The notes: generated by a model not told the origin, from the letters alone. 64,000 nt of DNA from a virus (IMGVR_UViG_3300042922_000152:3831-67830); one strand, 5' to 3'; counted from the stretch's first letter, positions 49,546 to 58,539 are shown. Program-made: numbers and translations.

Positions 49546-50515
49546 GTACAGACCGCAAAGCTTCATCGACGTTGTAGGTCAGGAGCATGTGAAGAAGATT
49601 CTTGCGAATCAACTTCGCACCAAGGACATCAAGAACGCCTACCTTTTCACAGGGGGCGCAGGAACAGGCAAGACAACCAATGCTCGTATCTTCGCTAACT
49701 GCATTGACGCTGAAGTTATCGAAATTGATGGCGCAAGTAACAACGGCGTGGACAACGTTCGTGAATTGATTGAATCCTCTCGGTATCGTCCTATTAGCGC
49801 CGCGTACAAAGCTTACATCATTGACGAGGTTCACATGTTGTCTACAGGCGCGTTCAATGCGCTGCTGAAGACGCTGGAAGAGCCGCCTGCTCACGCTGTA
49901 TTCATTCTCGCTACGACTGACCCGCAAAAGATTCCGGCAACGATTATGAGTCGAGTTCAGCGCTTCGACTTTCACCGCCTCACTGTCGAGCAGATTGTTG
50001 CGAACCTGAGCAACATTGCGGAAGCAGAAGACCGCAGCGTTGCTGAGGATGCGCTCGAATACATTGCAAAGCTCGCTCAGGGTGGAATGCGTGACGCTAT
50101 CACGATTCTCGACACAAGCCTTGGTTATGTTTCTGAAGGCGAGACGCTGACCCTTGATACAGTGATTGACGTTGTAGGAACTACGCCACATAGCTTGTAC
50201 ATTGACCTGTGCAGGTATAAGGAAGCAGGCAACACGTTGGAAATTCTCAACCTGCTTGAGCAGGTTTACGCTTCAGGCGCCGACTTCAAGCGCTTCGTTG
50301 CAGGCCTGCTTGAGTTTGTAGTGGACGTTGAAAAGCTTGTGGTACTTGATGACATGCGCTATGTAGCTGCTCCTGCTATCTATGAGGTTGACATGAGGAG
50401 TCTTGCGGACATGAACCTCCTCAAGTGGTACAAGCCTCTGTCTGACCTGCTTGCTCAGATTAAGTACGAGCATTCACCTAAAACTTTGGTTACGGGGGCG
50501 ATACTGTGTCTGTAG
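49529..50515 (+). CDS. dnaX: Clamp loader gamma/tau subunit
   Basis: KYRPQSF.DVVGQ, GTGKTT, EIDGASN.GVD, IDEVHML, NALLKTLEEPP, GGMRDA. Confidence 0.95.
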   Translation: MNLANKYRPQSFIDVVGQEHVKKILANQLRTKDIKNAYLFTGGAGTGKTTNARIFANCIDAEVIEIDGASNNGVDNVRELIESSRYRPISAAYKAYIIDEVHMLSTGAFNALLKTLEEPPAHAVFILATTDPQKIPATIMSRVQRFDFHRLTVEQIVANLSNIAEAEDRSVAEDALEYIAKLAQGGMRDAITILDTSLGYVSEGETLTLDTVIDVVGTTPHSLYIDLCRYKEAGNTLEILNLLEQVYASGADFKRFVAGLLEFVVDVEKLVVLDDMRYVAAPAIYEVDMRSLADMNLLKWYKPLSDLLAQIKYEHSPKTLVTGAILCL

Positions 50516-51333
50516 AAAAGAACTTAGTATTCCTCGGACAGTCTCCTGTTTATACTCACCTTATGCACCTGATTTTTACAAAGCGCCTGCCTAACTTCAT
50601 CATCATTGCGGCGCCTCCGCGCTGGGGAAAAAAGACCTTCGCTCGCGCTATCGCTATGGCAGCAAACATGCCTCTTCTGGAGGCGACAGAGTTCAAAGTT
50701 GACGAAATGCGGGACTTCATCATTGACGCGCAGACTCTCAGGCAGCGCAAGGCCTACCTGATACCCGACATTGAAACAATGTCACTCGGCGCACAAAACG
50801 CGCTGCTGAAGTTCATGGAGGAGCCTCCGAAAAATGCGTACATCTTCGCAACAGTTTCGGCGCTTCATACTGTGCTGCCAACGATTCGCTCACGCGCTAA
50901 GACTTTCATCTTCAGGCCTTATGATGTTGAGGAGCTTCGACACTTCACAGACGACGAGGAACTTCTGAGCGCCTGCATGTCACCCGGACAGGTCAAGCGA
51001 TTCCTCGACATGGGGGAAGCGGGCTACAAGGCAATGCTGAAGCTCACGAAGAAGCTCGTGGATGACATTGCGAAGGCAAGCGCTGCGAACCTGTTCAAGA
51101 TTCCCGCGCAAGTTACCGCAGATGACTTGGACCTGTTCTTCATGCTCATTGAGCATTACCTGTTCATTAACTTGTGTGTTCCTTTTGGCAATAATAGCGT
51201 CGAGCTTTCACGTTTGCACCGTATGTCTATCGTTACAGCAGAGTTCAAACATCAAAGTCATAACAAGGGAATCAGCAAAGCAAACATGCTGGACATGTAC
51301 CTTGTCAGGCTGCGCGAGGAGGCTTTACAGTGA
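50506..51333 (+). CDS. holB: Clamp loader delta-prime-like subunit
   Basis: Degenerate Walker A WGKKT; AQNALLKFMEEPP; LPTIRSR. Confidence 0.8.
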   Translation: MSVEKNLVFLGQSPVYTHLMHLIFTKRLPNFIIIAAPPRWGKKTFARAIAMAANMPLLEATEFKVDEMRDFIIDAQTLRQRKAYLIPDIETMSLGAQNALLKFMEEPPKNAYIFATVSALHTVLPTIRSRAKTFIFRPYDVEELRHFTDDEELLSACMSPGQVKRFLDMGEAGYKAMLKLTKKLVDDIAKASAANLFKIPAQVTADDLDLFFMLIEHYLFINLCVPFGNNSVELSRLHRMSIVTAEFKHQSHNKGISKANMLDMYLVRLREEALQ

Positions 51334-51476
51334 TTGTTCGTATCAATGGTGAACGCATTGAAAACGTAGAGCGCTTGGAAATCGTGAATAACGAAGTTCC
51401 CACATCTGTAGCGCTTGCGTGGGTGGCTGTAGGCCTCGTAGTGCTGATTGCGTGGATTGAGAGGTTCGCGTCATGA
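51330..51476 (+). CDS. Small membrane protein (48 aa)
   Basis: GTG start overlapping stop, SD GGAGG; C-terminal TM. Confidence 0.5.
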   Translation: MIVRINGERIENVERLEIVNNEVPTSVALAWVAVGLVVLIAWIERFAS

Positions 51477-51495
51477 ACGAGAGGAGAAAAAGCCG

Positions 51496-52431
51496 ATGAA
51501 CTTCCAAACATTGAAGAAGGAACTTGATAACGGCGTCTACAGGAACCTGTATATCTTCTCAGGTGACGAGCGTGAAGTGATGCGCAAGTACATTAAGCGC
51601 ATAGCTGGTGATACTCCTATAACACGTCCCGACAGCATCAAGAGCATAGCAAAGGCGCTGCAAACGCGCTCCTTGTTTCCTTCTCGTCGCGTGTATCTGC
51701 TGGAAGATGATAAGGCAGTTCTTGACATGAATTTGTCAACTTTGCAGCACAAGGCCAACATGTGCAAGGATACCGTCATCATTATCACCTTCAGGAGTAT
51801 TGACAATCGCCTCAAGTTTTTCAAGGACGTGAAAGAGGAGCTTTGTAGCTTCGACAAGTACACGGAGCAGCAGCTTGTAGGCTTTATAGTCAAGCAGGTT
51901 CAAATGCCTGAAGAGGTAGCTTTGCAGCTTGCAAAACGTTGTGGAAATGACGTTGCGCGCATTGAGTCTGAATGTAACAAGCTGAAGCACTTCACGAGTG
52001 ATGTACCACCATTCATTGACGATGCGATTACCCTTGAAATGCTGCGCGATATTGTTGCACCTACGCTGGAAGATAGGATATTCGAAATGATTGACGCGGT
52101 GGCTACAAAGAAACTCTCAAAAGCCTTCAGCCTCTACAAGGAACTGCTGGACATGAAAGAAAGCCCCATCAAAATTGTGTCGCTTCTGTACACGAAGTTT
52201 CGTCAAATTTTCCTGCTGCAATATTACAGCGGCTTGAAAGGCGAAATCGGTCAGAACACAGGCATGAATCCTTGGCAAATTAAAATGACTCAACCGCTCG
52301 TAGGTCACTTTCAGACTGAGCGCCTGCTGAAGATCATGAAGCAGATTCAAAGCGCAGAGGTCAAAATGAAAACAGGTCAGATGGACATGTCAACTGGTAT
52401 GGATGTCCTGATGATAAACATTCTCGCATAG
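51496..52431 (+). CDS. holA: Clamp loader delta-like subunit
   Basis: LYIFSGDE, SLF, IESECNKL, IFEMIDA, KMKTG. Confidence 0.85.
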   Translation: MNFQTLKKELDNGVYRNLYIFSGDEREVMRKYIKRIAGDTPITRPDSIKSIAKALQTRSLFPSRRVYLLEDDKAVLDMNLSTLQHKANMCKDTVIIITFRSIDNRLKFFKDVKEELCSFDKYTEQQLVGFIVKQVQMPEEVALQLAKRCGNDVARIESECNKLKHFTSDVPPFIDDAITLEMLRDIVAPTLEDRIFEMIDAVATKKLSKAFSLYKELLDMKESPIKIVSLLYTKFRQIFLLQYYSGLKGEIGQNTGMNPWQIKMTQPLVGHFQTERLLKIMKQIQSAEVKMKTGQMDMSTGMDVLMINILA

Positions 52432-52443
52432 GAGGAATAACAC

Positions 52444-52620
52444 ATGCCGTATATTTTGCAAAGCGTTCACGCAGAGGAATATCTGGATGAACATGAAGAT
52501 TATGTAACTGATCCCGAAGAGGCGAAACACTTCGAGGACTATGACGATGCTGTGGCTTACAAGAACGATGACGAAATTGTTATGAATTATGTGGAAGGTA
52601 GAGTGGAACCTATTTCCTAA
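52444..52620 (+). CDS. Small highly acidic protein (58 aa)
   Basis: SD AGGAGG; 18 Asp/Glu vs 3 Lys/Arg. Confidence 0.6.
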   Translation: MPYILQSVHAEEYLDEHEDYVTDPEEAKHFEDYDDAVAYKNDDEIVMNYVEGRVEPIS

Positions 52621-52640
52621 AAATTCTTACAATATCTTGA

Positions 52641-52680
52641 AGGCCACCGCTTAAAAAACGGGGCCTTTTTACTATATATA
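52641..52680 (+). promoter_or_regulatory. Terminator-promoter cassette
   Basis: AGGCC..CG/CGGGGCCT imperfect hairpin, TTAAAA, N16, TATATATA. Confidence 0.7.
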
Positions 52681-52729
52681 GATATGTAAGACTAATTCTA
52701 AACTACTATTCTCTTGGAGGAGAACACAC

Positions 52730-53053
52730 ATGAATAATGAAGAGGTAACAACGAATGTCCCTATGTACGCAGACTTTGCATGTTGGTTGAAAGATTATCA
52801 CACTGGTGCAGAAAAGGCAATCTCTGCGAAGCATCTGCGCGCGTGGGGGCGTGGCGTAGAGATTCGCAAGATTGTAAACTCTCTGCGCAACAGTGGTGTG
52901 CCCATTTGTTCTGATCAAAATGGCTATTACTACGCTGCGAACCAGCGCGAACTTCAGCACACTATCAACAATCTGAGGAGTCGCGCTACCGAAATCACGA
53001 AGGCACAAGAAGGACTTTGCAAAGCTCTTGACGATGGCACTTTAACAACATGA
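52730..53053 (+). CDS. Winged-helix-like protein
   Basis: AISAKHL, EIRKIVNSLR..GVPICS..GYYYA. Confidence 0.65.
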   Translation: MNNEEVTTNVPMYADFACWLKDYHTGAEKAISAKHLRAWGRGVEIRKIVNSLRNSGVPICSDQNGYYYAANQRELQHTINNLRSRATEITKAQEGLCKALDDGTLTT

Positions 53054-53066
53054 CGGGGGTGACCTA

Positions 53067-53423
53067 ATGGGCGCTGTCGCTATTGAGACTTACAACGCAC
53101 AGCTAATGGCTATAGCAAACTACGAAAACGCTGGTCAATTGAAACACTTACTGCGAAACTATAACAACCTGTACGGACTTTCTCAGCGTGGCGATGGTGT
53201 AGCCCAGAGCATTTACATTGACCTGAAGACAGCGCTTGAAGCTAACGCGCTCACTGATCTTCAGGCGCTCTACATAAGGGAACATCTGATTGAGGGTATG
53301 TCCCTCGAATACCTGAGTAACTTTTACGGTGTTAAACGCGCATCAGTAGCAGATTCCGTTAAGCGAGGCCTGAGCAATCTTCAGAAGGTCTTGCAGGGAG
53401 GAAACCTGTATGCGCGCTCGTGA
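53067..53423 (+). CDS. Sigma region-4-type HTH regulator
   Basis: IDLKTALE..LTDLQ...EGMS..LS..YGVKRASV. Confidence 0.65.
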   Translation: MGAVAIETYNAQLMAIANYENAGQLKHLLRNYNNLYGLSQRGDGVAQSIYIDLKTALEANALTDLQALYIREHLIEGMSLEYLSNFYGVKRASVADSVKRGLSNLQKVLQGGNLYARS

Positions 53424-53631
53424 CCTTGACAAGGCTGCGGAAGACTTTCTTCGAGAACATGATCCGCTGTTTCACGCGAAGAACAAGAAAAAGCTTATGG
53501 AGTATCCCTACCTGTCACGCAGACAGTCACAGATACGCGCGTCCACTGAGATTCCGGGAAGCGCGTTATCAAAAGGTCAAAGGCGCGTGTGTGGTCAAAT
53601 GCTTGAATGTGTATACTACGACGAGGAGTGA
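53410..53631 (+). CDS. Hypothetical protein
   Basis: Overlapping ORF with SD. Confidence 0.5.
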   Translation: MRARDLDKAAEDFLREHDPLFHAKNKKKLMEYPYLSRRQSQIRASTEIPGSALSKGQRRVCGQMLECVYYDEE

Positions 53632-53702
53632 GGTGGCATGGACTTCTTGCGTTCCCTTTACAAGTATGTAAAATCGAAGATCACAAAGCCGCGTTAATTT
53701 CT

Positions 53703-53742
53703 AAGGAGCCACTTAAAAATGGCTCCTTTTTTGCTATATAAA
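53703..53742 (+). promoter_or_regulatory. Terminator-promoter cassette
   Basis: AAGGAGCCA/TGGCTCCTT hairpin, TTAAAA, N16, TATATAAA. Confidence 0.75.
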
Positions 53743-53761
53743 GAGTAAAGGAGGAATGAAC

Positions 53762-54484
53762 ATGACAATTTACAAAGCTAATAACTGGGAGTTTAACGAG
53801 GACGTAGCGAAGGTTTTCAAAGATCATGTCCGGCAATCTGTGCCCATGTACGATGCGTTTCACGACATGATTGCAGAATTATCACGCTGGTTCATCAGGA
53901 ACGACTCTATAGTGTTTGACCTCGGTTGCGCAACGGGTGAAGTCATCAGGCGTTTGTGCCTGGAACATGCTGACAAGAATGTTACTTATGTTGGTATTGA
54001 TAATTCGATTGCCATGATTCAAGAGTCCCATGAAATGGTAAACACCTATAAATTTCAGAATGTTTGTCTGCAACAAGACGACATAAGAAATCTTGAGGAT
54101 TATGTACCCGGCGAAGGTACTCTGGATTTCATTACGTCCGTACTCACGCTTCAATTCGTTCATCCGCGTTATCGTCCTGAGATTTTACGCGCTGTTCATG
54201 CTTCACTCGCTCCCGGCGGTGCGTTCATCCTTGTTGAGAAGACCGTAGGCGCGTTCGCGCAGCTTGATGAAATGTATGTCGAATGCTATCATGAAATGAA
54301 AATGCGCAAAGGTTTGACGGTGCAAGACGTTCACGACAAGCAAAAATCTCTGCGCAGCGTACTTATGCCTGCGTCTGTAGGTGAGAACATTCGCTGGTTG
54401 AAGGACGCTGGCTTTCGTACAATGGAGGCATTCTTCAAATGGCACAATTTTGTAGGCATTATTGCCATTAAGGACAATGTATGA
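53762..54484 (+). CDS. CmoA-like (carboxy-SAM synthase family) SAM-dependent enzyme
   Basis: WEF..DVAKVF..HVRQSVP.Y, DLGCATG, GIDNS..M, LTLQF, LVEK, NF...IA.K. Confidence 0.8.
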   Translation: MTIYKANNWEFNEDVAKVFKDHVRQSVPMYDAFHDMIAELSRWFIRNDSIVFDLGCATGEVIRRLCLEHADKNVTYVGIDNSIAMIQESHEMVNTYKFQNVCLQQDDIRNLEDYVPGEGTLDFITSVLTLQFVHPRYRPEILRAVHASLAPGGAFILVEKTVGAFAQLDEMYVECYHEMKMRKGLTVQDVHDKQKSLRSVLMPASVGENIRWLKDAGFRTMEAFFKWHNFVGIIAIKDNV

Positions 54485-55335
54485 CAAAGGCGCAGGAGTT
54501 TCGAACACTGTTGCTGCAAAAAGTCGAAGCTATTACGAAGGAGCATAAAGACCTGGCTTTGTTGTTCAGCGGGGGAACAGATTCGAGCCTGATTCTGTTC
54601 TGTCTCCTCGAACTTGGTATAAAGCCTGTATGCTACACCTTTGGCGTCGAAGGCTACAGGTCAAGAGACGTTATAGTCTCTCAGCAGCTTGCACAGCACT
54701 TTGGCGTTAAGCAGCAGCTTATCATGCTGAAGCCTGATGTCCAAACGCTTGAGCGAGACGTGCGGCAGATCATACGCTATGCAAAGACCTCACGCAAAAC
54801 TGTTGTGCAATGCCTTCACCCAATCAAGTATGTAATGCAGGTAGTGAAGGAGCCTGTATTGCTGAATGGTCTTAACGCTGACTCACTCTATGGAACAAGT
54901 CGGAAAATCTGCATTGAAGGCAAGGACGACAAGGAAGCCTTTGACAGGCTGCGGTACGCTGAAATGTATGACCCGGAACTGTCCGACTTTTATATCAAGC
55001 GATACGTGGAGAGTCATGGTATAGTGTCGATTGACCCGTATCGTGACAAGGAAATAGAGGACTTCTTTCTCCCATTCACATGGCGAGAAGTGAATGAGCC
55101 TAAAGAGAAGCAGATTGCTGTAGACGCCTTTCAGGATTACTTCGGCGCGTTCGACTTTTACAGGCGCTCCGCGTCCTACCAGATTGAAAGCAAGCTGCGT
55201 GAATATCATGACTTGCTGCTTGCACAGCCTCACTTGAACCTCAAAGGCTGGAAGATTGTTAAGCCCATTTATGACCTGATTTACTCGCAAGAAGTTCTTC
55301 AGGCAGGCAAACCCAAGCAGCGGCGATTATTTTAG
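54481..55335 (+). CDS. Asparagine-synthase-like ATP-dependent amide ligase (no glutaminase domain)
   Basis: PP-loop LFSGGTDS; NGLNADSLYG; C-terminal QRRLF. Confidence 0.8.
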   Translation: MTKAQEFRTLLLQKVEAITKEHKDLALLFSGGTDSSLILFCLLELGIKPVCYTFGVEGYRSRDVIVSQQLAQHFGVKQQLIMLKPDVQTLERDVRQIIRYAKTSRKTVVQCLHPIKYVMQVVKEPVLLNGLNADSLYGTSRKICIEGKDDKEAFDRLRYAEMYDPELSDFYIKRYVESHGIVSIDPYRDKEIEDFFLPFTWREVNEPKEKQIAVDAFQDYFGAFDFYRRSASYQIESKLREYHDLLLAQPHLNLKGWKIVKPIYDLIYSQEVLQAGKPKQRRLF

Positions 55336-55352
55336 AAAGGAGGCTTGCAGCT

Positions 55353-55787
55353 ATGGGAGATATGGCGGATTACTATCTTGATCTGGCGATGAACGCTTAC
55401 GGTCTTGACGTAAACGACGAATGGCAAGGACGCTCATACAGCAGAAAGCATAAGACAAGGACGCACTACACGCAGTATCGAAAGCCTGAAAAGAGTAATA
55501 AGCCCACGGTACAATTTCTCAAATTGCGGGATAATCCTAAGCTCTGGATAAACGCAGAAGGTGACATTATTCACATTTACGACATGGACAGCAAACACCT
55601 GTTCAACTGCGTGAGACTTATTGAACGGCGTGAGCAAGAGCAGAAAGGAAATCCTCCTCCTGTATATGCGGAAATGATTAAGGAGCTGGTGAAGCGCGGC
55701 GTCATCACAGAACGCTATCAGCAGCAATCCTACATGAGAAAAAGCTTGAATGTGGAGGTAAACCTAAATGCGATTTACAATGACTGA
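55353..55787 (+). CDS. Hypothetical phage protein
   Basis: MGDMADYY; W...G..I.I.DM...HL.N. Confidence 0.6.
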   Translation: MGDMADYYLDLAMNAYGLDVNDEWQGRSYSRKHKTRTHYTQYRKPEKSNKPTVQFLKLRDNPKLWINAEGDIIHIYDMDSKHLFNCVRLIERREQEQKGNPPPVYAEMIKELVKRGVITERYQQQSYMRKSLNVEVNLNAIYND

Positions 55788-56796
55788 TTTATTTTGTGGC
55801 TCTGGTATAGGTGCGATAGGTTTTCTCGCAGCAGGTTTTGATATTAACTATGCTCTTGATTTTAATGAATATGCGGTGAATACTTACAACCTGAATCACG
55901 CTGGTAAACACGCATTCAAGGCTGATGTGCGCGAGCTTGTATCAAGTGACCTGCCTGATAATGACATTATCTCGGGAGGTTTTCCTTGTACCCCCTTTTC
56001 ACTCGGAGGCAGCAACAGAGGCGAGAATGACGAGCGCCTTGGCAATCTTGGTTATCACTTCTTCAGGATGATACAGGTCAAGAAGCCTATGGCCTTCATC
56101 GTTGAGAATGTCGAAGGCCTGACGAATGGGCGACACGTAAGATTCTTTCACTCGCTCATTGGTTGGCTTGAAAGTGCTGGCTACAATGTCGCTTTTCGTG
56201 TCGTCGATTGTTGGGACTATGGCGTACCACAGACACGAAATCGTGTGTTTATCGTAGGTATTCGCAAAGACCTTGGCAAGCATTTTGTGTTCCCTGAAGT
56301 GCTGCCTATTCATGAACGTCCTACGATGCGTCAAGCGATATCTGACCTTCCTTTTCATCCTGAAGGCAGTAACATCCGCAATCATGTACGCTTTGTGCGT
56401 GGCTTCTCCTCGCGTTCTGCAATGATGAACAGGCAGCGCACATGGGACGAACCATCGTATACCATAGTCAGCAATCCTCGTCACCTTCCTTTGCATCCTG
56501 AGCCAGCAGGCTACGACTTCAGGCACAGAAGCATTGAGCAGATACATGAGGACGAGAAGAACCATATTATTCGCAGGCTTACAGTTAGAGAATGTCTGCG
56601 CCTTCAGTCTGTACCTGATTGGTACTACTTCCCCGATATACCTGGGCGCAAGCTGAACGGCATCCTTGAGAAGCAGCATGAACGCTGTTCCGGTATTCCT
56701 CCCATCGTTGCTGAAAAGCTTGGTAAGCGCCTGATTGACACACTGACAGGCGACTTTCAAGAACCGCCTCGACAGAAAAAACTTTTCTCCATTTAA
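55768..56796 (+). CDS. DNA C5-cytosine methyltransferase homologue with atypical motif X
   Basis: DLFCGSG, GGFPC, ENV, QTRNR, RRLTVREC.RLQ; motif X reads HERCSGIPP. Confidence 0.9.
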   Translation: MRFTMTDLFCGSGIGAIGFLAAGFDINYALDFNEYAVNTYNLNHAGKHAFKADVRELVSSDLPDNDIISGGFPCTPFSLGGSNRGENDERLGNLGYHFFRMIQVKKPMAFIVENVEGLTNGRHVRFFHSLIGWLESAGYNVAFRVVDCWDYGVPQTRNRVFIVGIRKDLGKHFVFPEVLPIHERPTMRQAISDLPFHPEGSNIRNHVRFVRGFSSRSAMMNRQRTWDEPSYTIVSNPRHLPLHPEPAGYDFRHRSIEQIHEDEKNHIIRRLTVRECLRLQSVPDWYYFPDIPGRKLNGILEKQHERCSGIPPIVAEKLGKRLIDTLTGDFQEPPRQKKLFSI

Positions 56797-56833
56797 GACT
56801 TGCTTAAAAAGCAAGTCTTTTTTCTTATATAAC
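56795..56833 (+). promoter_or_regulatory. Terminator-promoter cassette
   Basis: AAGACTTGCT/AGCAAGTCTT hairpin, TTAAAA, N16, TATATAAC. Confidence 0.75.
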
Positions 56834-56863
56834 GAGTATCAGACAAGAAAGGAAGTAGAAAGT

Positions 56864-57400
56864 ATGGACGTAAGATTTCAAGTAACTACTGTTGTTGGTG
56901 AAACTCGCAAGGAAATTGACTTTTCGCTGGATCGGGCAGATGAAGTGCAGAAGTGGGCGTTAATCTGCGGCATGTTCGAAGTTCTTGGCGTGAACGTGCC
57001 TGAAGTGTTTACGACGTATGAAAGGATTGGTAAGGCGTACAAGGACTTCTTTGACCAAGTTAGACCTGAAGAACCTAAAGTTATCACTGTTGAGGCAAGC
57101 GCCGTTACAAACGTGCCTATAATGACCTCGCCACCTGTCAAACACATGCATCACAGCATCAGTCAACATGATATAGACGCGCTCAAATATGCTATGCAAG
57201 GCGGCGAAGTGACATACAAGTGCCGCGTATTCTGTGACTGTGTATCTTACTCACAAGTTACATACATTGCACAACACACCAAGAGCGTTAACTGTCCTTC
57301 ATGTGGTAAAAAGCTTCGCGTCTATCAGACGATGGACAAGTTCCTTGAGCCTGACAAATTCGGCAATTATTTCAGGGCAAAGCCTGCAATTACTGATTAA
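56864..57400 (+). CDS. Hypothetical zinc-ribbon protein
   Basis: YKCRVFCDC...CPSC...DKFGNYF. Confidence 0.6.
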   Translation: MDVRFQVTTVVGETRKEIDFSLDRADEVQKWALICGMFEVLGVNVPEVFTTYERIGKAYKDFFDQVRPEEPKVITVEASAVTNVPIMTSPPVKHMHHSISQHDIDALKYAMQGGEVTYKCRVFCDCVSYSQVTYIAQHTKSVNCPSCGKKLRVYQTMDKFLEPDKFGNYFRAKPAITD

Positions 57401-57414
57401 AGGAGGAATGACAA

Positions 57415-57537
57415 ATGCGTTGGGTATTTCATCAGTCTCATGGACGTATTTACGCCGTATCTGTGTATGCGCGTAAGGACGCCTTGCCGGAGTACATGAC
57501 ACTCGAAGAGTTTCGCGCCTTCAAGCGCGGCTCCTGA
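57415..57537 (+). CDS. Small hypothetical protein (40 aa)
   Basis: SD AGGAGG; MRWVFHQSHGRIYAV. Confidence 0.4.
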   Translation: MRWVFHQSHGRIYAVSVYARKDALPEYMTLEEFRAFKRGS

Positions 57538-57554
57538 AAAGGTGGTGACAGATA

Positions 57555-57749
57555 ATGTTGGTATTATCGTGTGAAGTTTGTACATCCCCGCTCACTTTAG
57601 AACAAGGTACGGAGCGTGACCTGCTCAAAGCTGCCAACATCATCTGTCCTGTCTGTCAGCAGCGCTCGCCTATTCCGAACAGCCTGAAAGCCTTCATCAA
57701 GAAAAACTATCGTGTACCAAGAAAGGTGGAAAAAGATGGGTCCGAGTGA
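57555..57749 (+). CDS. Small zinc-ribbon protein
   Basis: CEVC...CPVC. Confidence 0.55.
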   Translation: MLVLSCEVCTSPLTLEQGTERDLLKAANIICPVCQQRSPIPNSLKAFIKKNYRVPRKVEKDGSE

Positions 57750-58149
57750 ACTTCCTGCAAGTCAGTTGTCTGACGCTGAACTCATTGCCGAGTTCGAACT
57801 CGCTTGTCGCGGTGGTGATCATGAATTTGCTCCCGAATATCGCGCTGAACTCTCTGAGCGCCTTTCTAAGCGCGCTTATGACGCTGACCTGTATCAGCAG
57901 CTTAAAGAGGCGCCCCTGTACGCAGCAGTCATTCAAAGGCTTGTAGCGCAGCAGGAAAAAGGTATCAAGAAGTACGGTGCGCTGCTCAGTGGGAAGACCT
58001 ATTCCGTAGACGAGTATATCGAACACGTACAGCAGGAACTCACTGACGCGCTCGTGTACTTCGAAGGCCTGAAGCAGCAGCTTGAACAGCTTAATAGCAG
58101 CAGACTTCCAGTGTATTTACAGTTTCCTAATTGGGTTCCGAATGATTGA
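57736..58149 (+). CDS. All-alpha NTP-pyrophosphatase-like phage protein
   Basis: QQEKGIKKYG...EHVQQELTDALVY. Confidence 0.55.
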   Translation: MGPSELPASQLSDAELIAEFELACRGGDHEFAPEYRAELSERLSKRAYDADLYQQLKEAPLYAAVIQRLVAQQEKGIKKYGALLSGKTYSVDEYIEHVQQELTDALVYFEGLKQQLEQLNSSRLPVYLQFPNWVPND

Positions 58150-58351
58150 CGAGGACAATCCTGCCCCGCGGTACAAGCTGAAGACCTTTCAACGTATACG
58201 CCACACAAAGAACTCACGCCTACCTCATGCCTGCGTGTACTGCCTTCAGGTCATTCCTTCAGGCTCGAACCTCATAGAAGTATCCGGCAAGAGCCTGAAG
58301 TTTTATTATTACTATGTATGTCGTGCATGTTGGGAGGAGGACGACATGTGA
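58142..58351 (+). CDS. Small zinc-finger protein
   Basis: HACVYC...CRAC. Confidence 0.5.
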   Translation: MIDEDNPAPRYKLKTFQRIRHTKNSRLPHACVYCLQVIPSGSNLIEVSGKSLKFYYYYVCRACWEEDDM

Positions 58352-58539
58352 GGTTTACACATCTGCATGGCCTGTCAGTAACCGAGTGCTTAGAGGTAGA
58401 GCAGCGCATTATAGAACTTATCCATAAGAAGCCGAAACGTAAGGTATTCTATTTTCAGCACAAGACGCACAAGCTCTGCTGCTTTTCCGTAGGTGTGCAG
58501 CTTTGGGAAGTCGTGAAAGACGTATGGGAAGACTACTAA
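58348..58539 (+). CDS. Hypothetical protein
   Basis: GTG start overlapping stop; SD. Confidence 0.45.
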   Translation: MRFTHLHGLSVTECLEVEQRIIELIHKKPKRKVFYFQHKTHKLCCFSVGVQLWEVVKDVWEDY

